A stretch of DNA of 64,000 bases from Minisyncoccota bacterium (GTDB lineage: Bacteria > Patescibacteriota > Minisyncoccia > Phycocordibacterales > UBA1006). Below, in pieces: positions 18,335-28,216 of the stretch; the first letter of the stretch is position 1, and the number at the start of each line of letters is the position of its first letter. Below the pieces are notes generated by a model. That model did not search any database. It worked only from the letters and a program-made list of their open reading frames with translations, and had not been told where the DNA came from. Position numbers and translations under genes: made by a program. The DNA is taken from NCBI GenBank assembly GCA_021209525.1, contig JAJOIF010000001.1, positions 10,708-74,707 on the forward strand, given 5' to 3'.

Positions 18335-18622
18335 TTACCCCTTAATCTTAACTCTACTATTTATCAAGGATAGTTCACTACTAATACACTCTAGCACTGA
18401 TCTTTGCTCTAACGCTGAACCCTCTTTCAATACAAATTTAGCATAGTCTTTCAGGTCTATCGTTTCAATTTTTTCAGTTTTCTTTTTACCTAAAAACATC
18501 GCTTGTAATTTTTTAAATTTCTGAATTTCACTATTTAATTTAGAGGTAAGCTGTACTTTATTTAAACTTAAGGTATCAATCATTTTTAGAAGTGCTTCTA
18601 TAAGGTCTGGAAGGTACCCCAA
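18335..18622 (-). pseudogene. C-terminal fragment of a large serine recombinase (coiled-coil tail only)
   Basis: DLKDYAKFVLKEGSALEQRSVLECISSELSLINSRVKI aligns with the tail of the 31783-32262 recombinase fragment ([36 protein letters not shown]). The catalytic domain is missing. Confidence 0.5.
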
Positions 18623-18638
18623 AATTCAGACACCTTTT

Positions 18639-19693
18639 CTACGTACGTTCATCATATATCAGCACTTCTTTCTCTGCAAATTGTAGGGGCGCCATACCCA
18701 ACACAGAGTGTATCCTTCTTCGATTGTAATAGTTGATGGTCTTGTAGATTTCAGCTACAAGCTCACCAAGTGTTTCAAATCGATTAGGATCTCCAAGGTC
18801 TAGCTTGAACCCTTTGTAAAAGGATTCTTGATAGCCATTCTCCCAGGGACATCCAGGCCTACTCATGGATTGTTGTATACCTAGTTTCTGAACAAGAGCA
18901 GTGTAGTCTTTTGAGGTATACTCACTTCATTGGTCTGAGTGAATGATTCTCGGTGGTGCACGATGGAGTACAGCATTAAGTAATGCATTCATCACAAGCT
19001 GTGTAGCATGAGTGGTCAGAATAGCTACCCCTACAATCTCTCTGGTATATACATCAATGACCCTAGTAGGATAGATCCATTTCCCTTGAAACTTGAGGTA
19101 GGTGAAGTCAGATGCATAGATATCTCCCCTCCCACGAGGTGTCTCAAACAACAAGAGATTTGAGAAGATACTGTCTTTTGTCTTGTATACAAAGGGTTTC
19201 TTGGTGTATCTACGATATGGCTTGATACCAAAGATCTTCATGACTCTAAGTATTCGTTTCTTGTTGATTTTCAAGTGGAGTGCAAGACGCTTGTGGCCAT
19301 ATCCTGGATGTTCACGTAACACTTCTTCAATCATTTGCTTCGTCCTCCAGTCTTTAAGAGGTTGCTTGTGTTGATAGTACTGATGGGTTCGTTTGATACC
19401 TATGCGAGTACCATCTATACTTAGGCTCTTGAGGGCCCCTTTTTAGCCTCCATAGACATACGAATGGTAAGTTCTCCAATCAATCTCTTTAACTCTTCAT
19501 TCTCCTTCTTGAGCTTATTGTGAACTAATACACTCACTGAACCCTTGGCTTTGTTCCCAAGCCATGAGTAGATCGTAACAGTACTCACTCCAATATTCTG
19601 TGCTGCTTGGGCAACGCTGATACCTTGATGTTTGATACGGTTAATAGTTTCTTCTTTGATTTCTTTTGAGATTTTGAATTTCTTTTTGGACAT
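18639..19693 (-). mobile_element. Degenerate IS3-family insertion sequence. orfA (19421-19693) is intact, but orfB is N-terminally truncated and split by an in-frame TGA (18927-19334 plus 18639-18866)
   Basis: OrfA has an HTH plus a leucine zipper (IS3/IS911 type). The OrfB pieces carry DDE-integrase motifs (IIHSDQ, GCPWENGYQESF, YNxxRxH). The orfA/orfB overlap is lost. TGA is a genuine stop codon here because prfB is present. Confidence 0.7.
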
Positions 19694-19815
19694 ATATGTA
19701 TTCTATATTAATTAATAATTACATAGAATAGTTGTCTGAAGAAAGGGGTACCTTTCTCACCTAATAAAAACACCCCGCATGATGTATACGGGGTGTGGTT
19801 ATTAAGCAAATAACC

Positions 19816-20109
19816 CTATTTTTTCTTGCAATGACCGCTCAGTGTATCTTCTTCTGTTTCATATCCAAATGAGAAAAATGTGATCATGAAAAGAAGAATG
19901 ACATACATGAATCCCATAAGCATGGTCTGGGGATAGGTGTAAATACTTTCCATATGGTCAGTGAATTCATACCAAGCGAGTCCCATGAAGACAGAAATAC
20001 CAATGGCGCATATAATATATACGCATATGCGGATACTTCTGTTTTTATCAGCATACAAAAGAGGTGCGAGCATGCACCCGAATACTATTGTCAAATAAAT
20101 GAGTCCCAT
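19816..20109 (-). CDS. Hypothetical small membrane protein (3 TM)
   Basis: Call based on hydrophobicity alone. Confidence 0.35.
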   Translation of the reverse strand: MGLIYLTIVFGCMLAPLLYADKNRSIRICVYIICAIGISVFMGLAWYEFTDHMESIYTYPQTMLMGFMYVILLFMITFFSFGYETEEDTLSGHCKKK

Positions 20110-20132
20110 GGTTTATTTTTTTGGTGAGTAAT

Positions 20133-20609
20133 TTATTCCCAATCAAGCATTTCTAGATTTTCAAAAAGAAAATGCAATGAATGCTTGCCAACAAGAGACA
20201 TCACAGTTTTTTTATGTAGTGTCTCAGTGTCGTAGTTTTGTAATGCGTCAAATGCGTCCTGATTATCAAAACGCACCATTATTGCAGTGCAATCCTCGGT
20301 GCATCCCATTTTGATGTAGTCAGATTCGATGGTCATTTGTTTGGTTGCCCATTTTTCAGATGCGGGCATGCTTAACAATTTCATAATCTTGTCAAAAAAG
20401 CTATCCGGCTCATTTGCTTCAGAAATTTTTTCTCTGTAGATGAATGAAAAAGAAGTTATCTTTTTTTTGATAATCTCAGAAAAGGGTAGGGCTACCCCTT
20501 GTGAGTTTGTAAAGTACACCTCATCTTCTATGATAGTACGGTGCGTGTTACCTAAGCGGTTCAACGTTATATTCATAATGGTAAAGTTTTGTTTGTGATA
20601 TAGTAACAT
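20133..20609 (-). CDS. Hypothetical protein
   Basis: 158-aa ORF with no recognisable motif. Confidence 0.3.
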   Translation of the reverse strand: MLLYHKQNFTIMNITLNRLGNTHRTIIEDEVYFTNSQGVALPFSEIIKKKITSFSFIYREKISEANEPDSFFDKIMKLLSMPASEKWATKQMTIESDYIKMGCTEDCTAIMVRFDNQDAFDALQNYDTETLHKKTVMSLVGKHSLHFLFENLEMLDWE

Positions 20610-20705
20610 ATATAAATTATCTCGTCAATTTTTGTAACATTGCGGAGCTGAGAAACATGTTGCAGGTATACAAAAACCGCCACCATGTGACGGTTTCTGT
20701 GTATG

Positions 20706-21108
20706 TGGAGATGGGCGGAGTCGAACCGCCGTCCATGAACATCCCTGAGCAACATCTACGAGTGTAGATGTATTTTTTATATCTATGCAAATAGATAATC
20801 TCAACACCGCCACCTTTAAAATACTCGAAACAGTAGCAGTGTCTATCTTGATGATTTAAAAGATATGTTCAAGAGGCGCATATCTTCGAGTGTAGGTATA
20901 TGACATCACGATCCTCTCTCTACACACAAGAGGCGCGACGACATCGCATTATATTATGCGAATGCTGGCGTAAATCCAAATGCTGAAGCATAAGGGCTTA
21001 CTACTTTCTTTGCGTTTGCACTTAAAGAAGTGTGGTCGATTTACGAGTATACCACAACTCGACCCGCATTACTCAGGGGGATTGTACATGTCGAAGCCAG
21101 ACATCCCC
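20706..21108 (-). ncRNA. ssrA: tmRNA (SsrA)
   Basis: The 5' end GGGGATGTCTGGCTTCGACATG matches the tmRNA consensus GGGG.UG.UUCUGG.UUCGAC. The 3' end GGTTCGACTCCGCCCATCTCC-A forms a tRNA-like T-arm and acceptor with the 5' end. The internal reading frame GCA AAC GCA AAG ... GCA TTC GCA TAA gives the tag ANAKKVVSPYASAFGFTPAFA. smpB is adjacent. Confidence 0.75.
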
Positions 21109-21125
21109 AATGATATTGTTAAAGA

Positions 21126-21569
21126 TTATCGTTTCATCAGACGCTGCATATCGCGCTCGGCATCTTTTTGCTTGAGCTTTTCACGTTTGTCGTGTTTTTT
21201 AAGTCCACGAGCAAGCGCAATTTGTGCTTTGATCTGACGCCCTTTATTATACAATGATATGGGTATTAAAGTCAAACCTTGTGTATGCTTTGCTTTGATC
21301 ATGCGATCAATTTCTGATTTCTTGAGCAAGAGTTTTCGTCTGCGATACGGATCATATGTGGGCGGAGTATTATTTTGCTGATAGGGAGGAATATGTGCCT
21401 TTACCAAAAATACTTCATTATGAGAGTCAATAGTTGCATATGCTTCCTTGAGTGACCCTTGTTGGTTTTTAAGTGATTTTACTTCAAAACCATGAAGCAC
21501 AATACCTGCTTCAAAGGTATCTATAATTTCATATTGAGATCCTGCATATTTGTTCTGTAATAATGCCAT
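21126..21569 (-). CDS. smpB: SsrA-binding protein SmpB
   Basis: LLQNKYAGSQYEIIDTFEAGIVLHGFEVKSLK...YDPYRRRKLLLKKSEIDR and a basic C-terminal tail. The start was trimmed to the MALLQNK methionine. Confidence 0.85.
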   Translation of the reverse strand: MALLQNKYAGSQYEIIDTFEAGIVLHGFEVKSLKNQQGSLKEAYATIDSHNEVFLVKAHIPPYQQNNTPPTYDPYRRRKLLLKKSEIDRMIKAKHTQGLTLIPISLYNKGRQIKAQIALARGLKKHDKREKLKQKDAERDMQRLMKR

Positions 21570-21681
21570 AGATATAAGACTATTATACATATTCTGCAAA
21601 GAATAGCATGTAGTGGTAAAAATTCTCTTTTTTGGTATAATACACCTTACAAAATCATTTAATCGTAATTTATTTATATAC

Positions 21682-23598
21682 ATGACTACACCGAAAAAAC
21701 CAGAAAAGAACAACAAGAAAAATAAAAATACCGGCATTATGCGTTTTTTCCAAAAATTTGGTGGCGTCGTGCTTATTTTTGTAGGATTACTTGCCCTTTA
21801 TACATTACTGAGCGATCAAGAAAAAAGTCTCTTTTCTCGACCAGAACAAGCAACCATCTCAGAAGTAGCCCAAGCAGTCATTGATGGATCTGTGCAAAGT
21901 ATTGTGGTTCGTGGCGACAAACTTGAAATCATTCTCGATGACGAGAGCGTGCTCCAATCAAAAAAAGAAGTAGAAAGTTCGCTCTCTACAACACTTGCCA
22001 ATTATGGTGTAACACCTGAGCAATTGAGTGTCGTGAATATTGATGTGCGTAGCGAAAGTGGATTCTTGTATTGGTTTTTGAATATCTTGCCAATGCTCTT
22101 TCCGCTCCTCTTTATCTTGCTCTTCTTTTGGTTTATTTCAGGGCAGCTCAAAGGTGGAGGTATGAAAGCATTTAGTTTCGGTGATTCAAAGGCTCGTGTA
22201 ACAGACCCAGAAAAACAACGCATTACCTTTGATGATATTGCCGGCAACAAAGAAGCAAAACAAGAACTTCTTGAAGTAGTAGACTTCTTGCGCAATCCAA
22301 AGAAATTCTTGGCCATTGGTGCTGAAATTCCCAAGGGTGTACTCTTGATGGGGTCACCAGGAACAGGGAAGACACTTATGGCGCGCGCTGTTGCGGGAGA
22401 AGCAAAAGTACCGTTCTTTCACTTGTCAGGATCTGAATTTGTGGAAATGTTCGTAGGGGTTGGGGCAAGTCGTGTGCGCGATCTCTTTGATCAAGCAAAA
22501 AAAGCATCACCCGCTATTATCTTTATTGATGAAATTGATGCCGTAGGGCGTGCTCGTGGTACTGGTACCGGTGGAGGTAATGATGAGCGCGAACAAACTC
22601 TGAATCAAATTCTCGTTGAAATGGATGGTTTTGAAGCTAATGAAAAAGTTATTGTTATGGCGGCAACAAATCGCGGCGATGTATTGGATCCAGCGCTCTT
22701 GCGCCCAGGTCGTTTTGATAGACGCGTTATGCTTGATTTGCCTGACCGCAAAGACCGTCTTGCAATTCTTGAAATTCATGCACGCAAAAAACCTCTCCAC
22801 GACGATGTAGATCTCACTGTCATTGCTGAGCGGACACCTGGTTTTTCTGGGGCTGATTTGCAGTCGCTCATGAATGAATCTGCTATTTTGGCAGCACGCG
22901 AAGATAGAACTACGATCAGCCAGTGGGATCTCGTGCGCTCTATTGAAAAAGTAATGATTGGTCCTGAGCGACAATCACATTTGCATACTGATCATGAGCG
23001 TCGCGTTGTTGCGTATCACGAAGCAGGTCATGCTATCATTGCTTCAGTCTTGCCTCATGCAGATCCCGTGCACAAAGTCTCAATTGTTGCTCGTGGGCGC
23101 GCTGGGGGATACACTCTAAAACTTCCTCTTGAAGAAAAGAAACTCCAAACCAAAAAAGAATTCCTTGATGATATTGCAATGAGTCTCGGGGGATATGTTG
23201 CAGAAAAAATGATTTTTGATGATGTCACTACGGGGCCTTCTAATGACTTACAAGTATCGACACGCCTTGCGCGTAGTATGGTAACGAGATGGGGAATGAG
23301 TGATACAATTGGCCCCATTGCTCTTGAGGGCGATGAGGGTCGCGCACTCTTTGGATCTGGGGTGTATGGCAATGAACATTCTGACAAAGTCCAAGCCGAC
23401 ATCGATGCAGAAGTATCACGCATCATAAAAGACGCTCTCGCTCTTGCAGAGCAAACACTGGTAACACACAAAGACGCACTTGATGCTGTCGCGCAAGGTC
23501 TTCTTGATCAAGAAACACTTGAACAAGATGACTATGACACTATTATTCGCAAGTTCGGTATTATTCCCAAAAAGAAAACAGCAGAGTCTATTGCATAA
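21682..23598 (+). CDS. ftsH: ATP-dependent zinc metalloprotease FtsH
   Basis: Two TM helices, an AAA module (GPPGTGKT-like [17 protein letters not shown] and the SRH) and the HEAGH zinc motif (YHEAGHAI). Confidence 0.9.
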   Translation: MTTPKKPEKNNKKNKNTGIMRFFQKFGGVVLIFVGLLALYTLLSDQEKSLFSRPEQATISEVAQAVIDGSVQSIVVRGDKLEIILDDESVLQSKKEVESSLSTTLANYGVTPEQLSVVNIDVRSESGFLYWFLNILPMLFPLLFILLFFWFISGQLKGGGMKAFSFGDSKARVTDPEKQRITFDDIAGNKEAKQELLEVVDFLRNPKKFLAIGAEIPKGVLLMGSPGTGKTLMARAVAGEAKVPFFHLSGSEFVEMFVGVGASRVRDLFDQAKKASPAIIFIDEIDAVGRARGTGTGGGNDEREQTLNQILVEMDGFEANEKVIVMAATNRGDVLDPALLRPGRFDRRVMLDLPDRKDRLAILEIHARKKPLHDDVDLTVIAERTPGFSGADLQSLMNESAILAAREDRTTISQWDLVRSIEKVMIGPERQSHLHTDHERRVVAYHEAGHAIIASVLPHADPVHKVSIVARGRAGGYTLKLPLEEKKLQTKKEFLDDIAMSLGGYVAEKMIFDDVTTGPSNDLQVSTRLARSMVTRWGMSDTIGPIALEGDEGRALFGSGVYGNEHSDKVQADIDAEVSRIIKDALALAEQTLVTHKDALDAVAQGLLDQETLEQDDYDTIIRKFGIIPKKKTAESIA

Positions 23599-23599
23599 A

Positions 23600-23628
23600 A
23601 AAGAGCGCCATAGTGCGCTCTTTTGTTT
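23600..23628. terminator. Bidirectional terminator between ftsH and the OMP-like gene
   Basis: AAAAGAGCGC-CATAGT-GCGCTCTTTT hairpin. Confidence 0.55.
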
Positions 23629-23641
23629 TGTCTATAATCTT

Positions 23642-24334
23642 TTAGAAACTCGACCAGCGGTCGTTTTTATTTTCTGATCCGAATTTAAATCCGATACCTA
23701 TTTCAAAGGTGAATAATGCGCGAGGCATCATTACTGGATTTGGAAAAAATTCCCTACGCATGGTCCGCGTTGTGGTGCCACAGCATGTTTGTATAGTGGT
23801 CTGGTATTTTAATGAATTGGTGTTTTTCATTAAACCTCCTGCTGTGCTTTGGATTTTCAAACCCCAATTTGATTCTGAACCAAAAGGGATGAGTAACCCC
23901 AAGCGAGCCTGGAGTCCCAAGCCATGCCCTTTGATGTCTTGCAATCTGTACCATTCATTTTGGTACATGATGACATCTTGAGACGGCACATTACTGTGCA
24001 GGTATAAAAACTCGCCAGTTACGCTCAGTGTTGTATTACCTAAAAAGGCATACCCGCCAGCGCCAATACTTGTTTTTAATGTTTGCAATCCTGTGCGACT
24101 CAGCAGGTAATGTTCTATTCGTGGATTGTAATCATACCCAAGTCCCATAGAGACTATAGCATGATTTTTACCCGCAAATAGGTTTATGCTGCCGCCCCCG
24201 CCCATGGGTGCTTTTCTGGATTGGTATTGAGCTGACATGAGGCTCAATCCACCGGTTACCGAAAATTCACCATATTGAGCAGATGCTAATAGGGAAGCAT
24301 TAATCGTCAAGATTAATAAGATTATTTTTTTCAT
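23642..24334 (-). CDS. Outer-membrane-protein-like beta-barrel protein with a signal peptide
   Basis: Signal peptide MKKIILLILTINASLLASAQ, alternating amphipathic beta-strand pattern, and a C-terminal aromatic ending (...WSSF) typical of OMP beta-barrels. Confidence 0.45.
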   Translation of the reverse strand: MKKIILLILTINASLLASAQYGEFSVTGGLSLMSAQYQSRKAPMGGGGSINLFAGKNHAIVSMGLGYDYNPRIEHYLLSRTGLQTLKTSIGAGGYAFLGNTTLSVTGEFLYLHSNVPSQDVIMYQNEWYRLQDIKGHGLGLQARLGLLIPFGSESNWGLKIQSTAGGLMKNTNSLKYQTTIQTCCGTTTRTMRREFFPNPVMMPRALFTFEIGIGFKFGSENKNDRWSSF

Positions 24335-24499
24335 TTGTTAAAGTTTTGAGTGAAGAAATATTTAACTTTAAAATAGCATATTTTTAAAATATGTCAAATT
24401 CTGAAGCTTGAACCTTGTCCTAAAGTTAACCGTTCTTACTTTTTTTGTCACAGAGGTATATCTTTGATATTTTGACGGCATTCATATCACATATCCAAA

Positions 24500-24572
24500 G
24501 TCCGCCCACTAGGACTCGAACCTAGGACCACAGAGGTATAAGCTCTGCGCTCTACCAACTGAGCTATAGGCG
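24500..24572 (-). tRNA. tRNA-Ile with anticodon UAU (hand folded), no encoded CCA
   Basis: On the minus strand: CCGCCTA/TGGGCGG acceptor stem, GCTC/GAGC D-stem, CAGAG-CTTATAC-CTCTG anticodon arm, TTCGAGT T-loop. Confidence 0.7.
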
Positions 24573-24720
24573 GACTTTGTCTACGTGATATTCATTTGTC
24601 AAAATAAGCTCTGCGACATGCCGCACATAGCCCCATTTAACGGGGTTTGATGAGTATGCCTCGTTTGGCGAGGGGAAAAAGTAACTCAGTACGAACTGCG
24701 TTACTTTCAGAATTGTACCC

Positions 24721-26892
24721 TTATTCAAGGTGAATATCAAATTTTTGACTCTTTATTTTTTCTGCAAGTATTGGATAATTTTCAAGATCTCTGTCTTCGG
24801 TAATGATACGCAAAGCTTCTTCTCGCGCAGCGCTGACCATCTTGATATTCTTGAGAGCTTCCATACCCATATCTGTAATACCCCATTGTTTGCGTCCCGC
24901 CAAATCTCCTGCGCCGCGCAATGCAAAATCTTTTTCGGCGAGCGCAAAACCGTCTTCTGACGCAACGAGCGCATCAAGCCTCTCGAGTGTTTTCTTTGTT
25001 TTTACATCAGCAAAAAGATAGCAGTACGCCTGATAGGTGCCACGCAGCACGCGTCCTCGCAATTGATGGAGCTGAGCAAGTCCAAAACGTTCGGCTCCTT
25101 CGATAACAATTACAGTTGCATTAGGGACATTTACCCCTACTTCAACAACGCTCGTCGCAACTAAAATATCAATATCATGCGCATAAAACTTTTCCATGAC
25201 CTCGTCCTTCTTTTGTTTCGTCATTTTTGAATGGAGTATATCAATACGATATTCAGGAAATACATCACGACGTAATCGCCGGGCTTCTGCTTGTACAGAC
25301 TTGAGCTGTAATGCTTTTTCTTTGAGCGGATCAGGTTCATCAATGCGTGGACAAATAATATATACTTGTCGTCCTTGACGCAAAGCTGCGCGGACAGCAT
25401 CGTACGCCTGCGTACGCTTGTGCGGAGGTGTAATTTCTGTGATGACGTGTTTACGACCTGCGGGCATTTCATCTAATATGGTGAGATCAAGATCGCCATA
25501 CAAGGTGAGCGCCAGTGTGCGAGGAATAGGGGTCGCTGTCATCGAGAGGAGGTGAGGTGCATGTTGCTTGCGAGATAATTGCATACGCTGTTTCGTACCA
25601 AAGCGATGCTGTTCATCGATAATAACGAGTCCGAGCTCATGAAAAGAAACACTTTTCTGGATAAGTGCATGTGTTCCAATGAGTATGGAAATCTCGCCAC
25701 TGTGTGTCCATTTCAAGAGTTGTGCGCGCGATACAGATGTCCACCCAAAAGGATCTACTTTGCTTGGGAATTTACGACAACCGCTCCCCGTGATGAGACC
25801 AATAGAAATACCAGTATGGGCAAAATACTCAATAAATGATTCAAAATGTTGCTGTGCTAAAATTTCTGTAGGAGCCATATAGGCAACTTGTAGTCGTCCA
25901 AAACGATTATCGCGCGGCGCATTGGTAATGGTTGCATATGACGCGACAACGGCGACGGCCGTCTTACCCGAACCTACATCTCCTTCAAGGAGGCGAGACA
26001 TAGGATATGGCGAAGCCATGTCACGAACAATTTCATTGATGGCTCTCTCTTGGGCGCCAGTCAAAGGAAAAGGAAACGTATTCACAAATGCATGCATTTT
26101 GTCTGTATCTACATCAAGCATAAAAGATGCGAGATCTCTAAAATATGCACGGTCACGCTGCTTGTGTATTTGTATCATGAATATTTCTTCAAAAGCAAAA
26201 CGCTTACGTGCAGTATCTGCGTCTTTCTTGCGCTTGGGCATATGTACCCATACGAGCGCTGTGGCAAGAGTGGGGAGATTGTATTTCTGCAATATATCTA
26301 CAGGAATAGGATCAACGAGAGATGCGAGGAGTTCTTGGGTAAGAATAGTTTTGAGTGCATGGTAGATCCACTTTGACGTAATGCCTTTTGTTTCTGGGTA
26401 TACAGGAAATCCAAATGATGTTGCCTCATTTCTTTTTTCTCCAAAGAGTGAGGTATGCGTATCAATGGGTAGGTGAGGAATATTTTGCACTTCGGGATTA
26501 ACGAGCGATCGTGCGCCACGCGTAGAGATGGTTATTTTGCCGGTGAGCTGTACGAGCGATCCTTCATGTAATGTTTTCGCGAGAAATGCTTGGCGAAACC
26601 ACGTGAGTGACAATGTGTCTCCATGAATATCAGTGAGCATTGCTGTTGCCATAGGAATACCTCCCTTGAATGATTTTTTGGTTTTGAGATTATGGATGCG
26701 CCCATATACTGTCACTGTTTCATCGGCGTGTACTTCTTGGATGGTTTTGACTTCACTCATGTCACTGTAGCGTGTAGGGAAATGATAGAGGAGATCGTGT
26801 AGTGTTGTGATACCGAGTCTTTCAAGGGCTTTTTTTTGATCTGCTTTCAGTCTAGGGAATGCATGTATGACGAGCGTATCAAGAGATTTCAT
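24721..26892 (-). CDS. recG: ATP-dependent DNA helicase RecG
   Basis: 723 aa with an N-terminal wedge/OB region and SF2 helicase motifs (GDVGSGKT, the DEQHRFG DEQH box and a QLRGRVLRG-like arginine finger). Confidence 0.9.
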   Translation of the reverse strand: MKSLDTLVIHAFPRLKADQKKALERLGITTLHDLLYHFPTRYSDMSEVKTIQEVHADETVTVYGRIHNLKTKKSFKGGIPMATAMLTDIHGDTLSLTWFRQAFLAKTLHEGSLVQLTGKITISTRGARSLVNPEVQNIPHLPIDTHTSLFGEKRNEATSFGFPVYPETKGITSKWIYHALKTILTQELLASLVDPIPVDILQKYNLPTLATALVWVHMPKRKKDADTARKRFAFEEIFMIQIHKQRDRAYFRDLASFMLDVDTDKMHAFVNTFPFPLTGAQERAINEIVRDMASPYPMSRLLEGDVGSGKTAVAVVASYATITNAPRDNRFGRLQVAYMAPTEILAQQHFESFIEYFAHTGISIGLITGSGCRKFPSKVDPFGWTSVSRAQLLKWTHSGEISILIGTHALIQKSVSFHELGLVIIDEQHRFGTKQRMQLSRKQHAPHLLSMTATPIPRTLALTLYGDLDLTILDEMPAGRKHVITEITPPHKRTQAYDAVRAALRQGRQVYIICPRIDEPDPLKEKALQLKSVQAEARRLRRDVFPEYRIDILHSKMTKQKKDEVMEKFYAHDIDILVATSVVEVGVNVPNATVIVIEGAERFGLAQLHQLRGRVLRGTYQAYCYLFADVKTKKTLERLDALVASEDGFALAEKDFALRGAGDLAGRKQWGITDMGMEALKNIKMVSAAREEALRIITEDRDLENYPILAEKIKSQKFDIHLE

Positions 26893-27050
26893 AAGAGCAG
26901 TATATCACGAATGTGCGCAGGGGAGAACGTATCTCGTATGTGTTACCACAAATGGTGGAGTAAATGGTATGAATGTAATTGATGTTCGTACATATTTTCC
27001 CTAGCTCTAGAAAAACATTCTACAAAAAGACCTCATCTTGAGGTCTTTTC

Positions 27051-27431
27051 TTATGCAAGCATGCTTTGGATTTTTTCTACAAGTTCATCAAGGGTAAAGT
27101 TTGACTTGATCATATATTCGCTCGCGCCGAGCGCTTCTCCTTTTTGGATATCTTCTTCTTCTCCGAGATTTGAAAAAATAATCACTTTGAGGTCTCGCCA
27201 TGTGGCATCATTTCTGATAGCTTCAAGGATTTCAAATCCTCCTACTCCGGGCAACATGAGGTCGAGCAAGAGAATATCAGGCTTTTCTTGATTAATAAGA
27301 GCAAGAGCATCAGCGCCGTCGCCTTTTGTTGCAACTTCGAAACCGTTTTTTTGTAATTTGGTGACAACGAGACTGCGTAAGAAGTCGTCGTCTTCAATAA
27401 AGAGTACTTTGTGTGTGTCTGACATATACAT
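27051..27431 (-). CDS. Stand-alone response regulator receiver (CheY-like)
   Basis: 126 aa with the DD...D phospho-acceptor pattern (LFIEDDDF, LLLDLMLPGVGG). There is no output domain. Confidence 0.8.
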   Translation of the reverse strand: MYMSDTHKVLFIEDDDFLRSLVVTKLQKNGFEVATKGDGADALALINQEKPDILLLDLMLPGVGGFEILEAIRNDATWRDLKVIIFSNLGEEEDIQKGEALGASEYMIKSNFTLDELVEKIQSMLA

Positions 27432-27458
27432 AAGTATACCAAAATAAAAATAAAAATA

Positions 27459-28214
27459 CTATGCAGGCTGTGTACAAGGGAGAGTTATAGAAAATGTCGT
27501 ACCTTGCCCTTCGGTGCTCTCGCAGGTAATAGTACCGCCATGTTCACGAATAATCTTGTACGCCGTGAAAAGTCCGAGACCCGTTCCTTCTTTTTCGAGT
27601 ACATTATGCGCGCGAAAGAATTTTGCGCCGAGGTGCTCGAGTGCGTCCGCTGGGATACCTATACCGTCATCTGCGATATGAATGACAATATGGTCATTTT
27701 CTTTGTGTATGCTCACCTGTACATGACCTTGCTCTTTGCTATATTTGATTGCATTTTCAAGTAAGTTTTGTATGACAAAACGAATTTTTTGTTCATCAGC
27801 AATAATGAGCGTATCTGCTTCGTGCTCAGGTTCTTCAATAACTATTTCTACATCATGTACACGCGCATCTTGCTCAAAATGACATACCGCAGCATGCACC
27901 ACACTACTTATTGATGTGGGTGTATGTGTATACACGAGACCCCATGAATCATGCTTGTGTGCGTGAATAATATCTTGGAGCAAGAGAATCATTTCTTCGG
28001 TGGCGCGGAGTCCGCGTGTCAAAATAGTGCGCTGTTCGCTTGTGAGTGGTCCCACATCTTCGGCAAGGAGCATATTGAGTGCCCATTTATTTCCAGACAA
28101 AGGTGTGCGTAATTGATGTGTCATCATAGAAATGAACTCTGCTTTTTCTTGATGATGCGCTTGGCATGCTGCGAGCGCTTCTTCTAGTTCTTTGTGGGTG
28201 CGTGGCGTAGGCAT
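27459..28214 (-). CDS. Cytoplasmic histidine kinase (HisKA plus HATPase_c)
   Basis: H-box MTHQLRTPLS and G-boxes (GTGLGLFTAYKIIREHGG). No TM segment. Confidence 0.8.
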   Translation of the reverse strand: MPTPRTHKELEEALAACQAHHQEKAEFISMMTHQLRTPLSGNKWALNMLLAEDVGPLTSEQRTILTRGLRATEEMILLLQDIIHAHKHDSWGLVYTHTPTSISSVVHAAVCHFEQDARVHDVEIVIEEPEHEADTLIIADEQKIRFVIQNLLENAIKYSKEQGHVQVSIHKENDHIVIHIADDGIGIPADALEHLGAKFFRAHNVLEKEGTGLGLFTAYKIIREHGGTITCESTEGQGTTFSITLPCTQPA

Positions 28215-28216
28215 AA

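Noticed and set aside
18924-18929. In-frame TGA in the IS3 transposase, considered as a sense codon (genetic code 25/4) or selenocysteine
   Set aside because: prfB, whose RF2 product reads UGA, is present. TGA terminates many genes in the window. There is no SECIS-like context. This is a pseudogene.
20980-21237. 85-aa plus-strand ORF
   Set aside because: It lies entirely within and antisense to the tmRNA gene, so it is a spurious ORF.
22002-23471. Minus-strand ORFs (110-155 aa) inside ftsH
   Set aside because: They are antisense to ftsH and have no motifs.
24451-24462. 12-nt duplicate of the tRNA-Ile anticodon-arm segment, considered as an attL/attR pair
   Set aside because: It lies only 38 nt from the tRNA, with nothing between the copies and no integrase nearby. 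It is at most a scar and is mentioned only under the tRNA finding.
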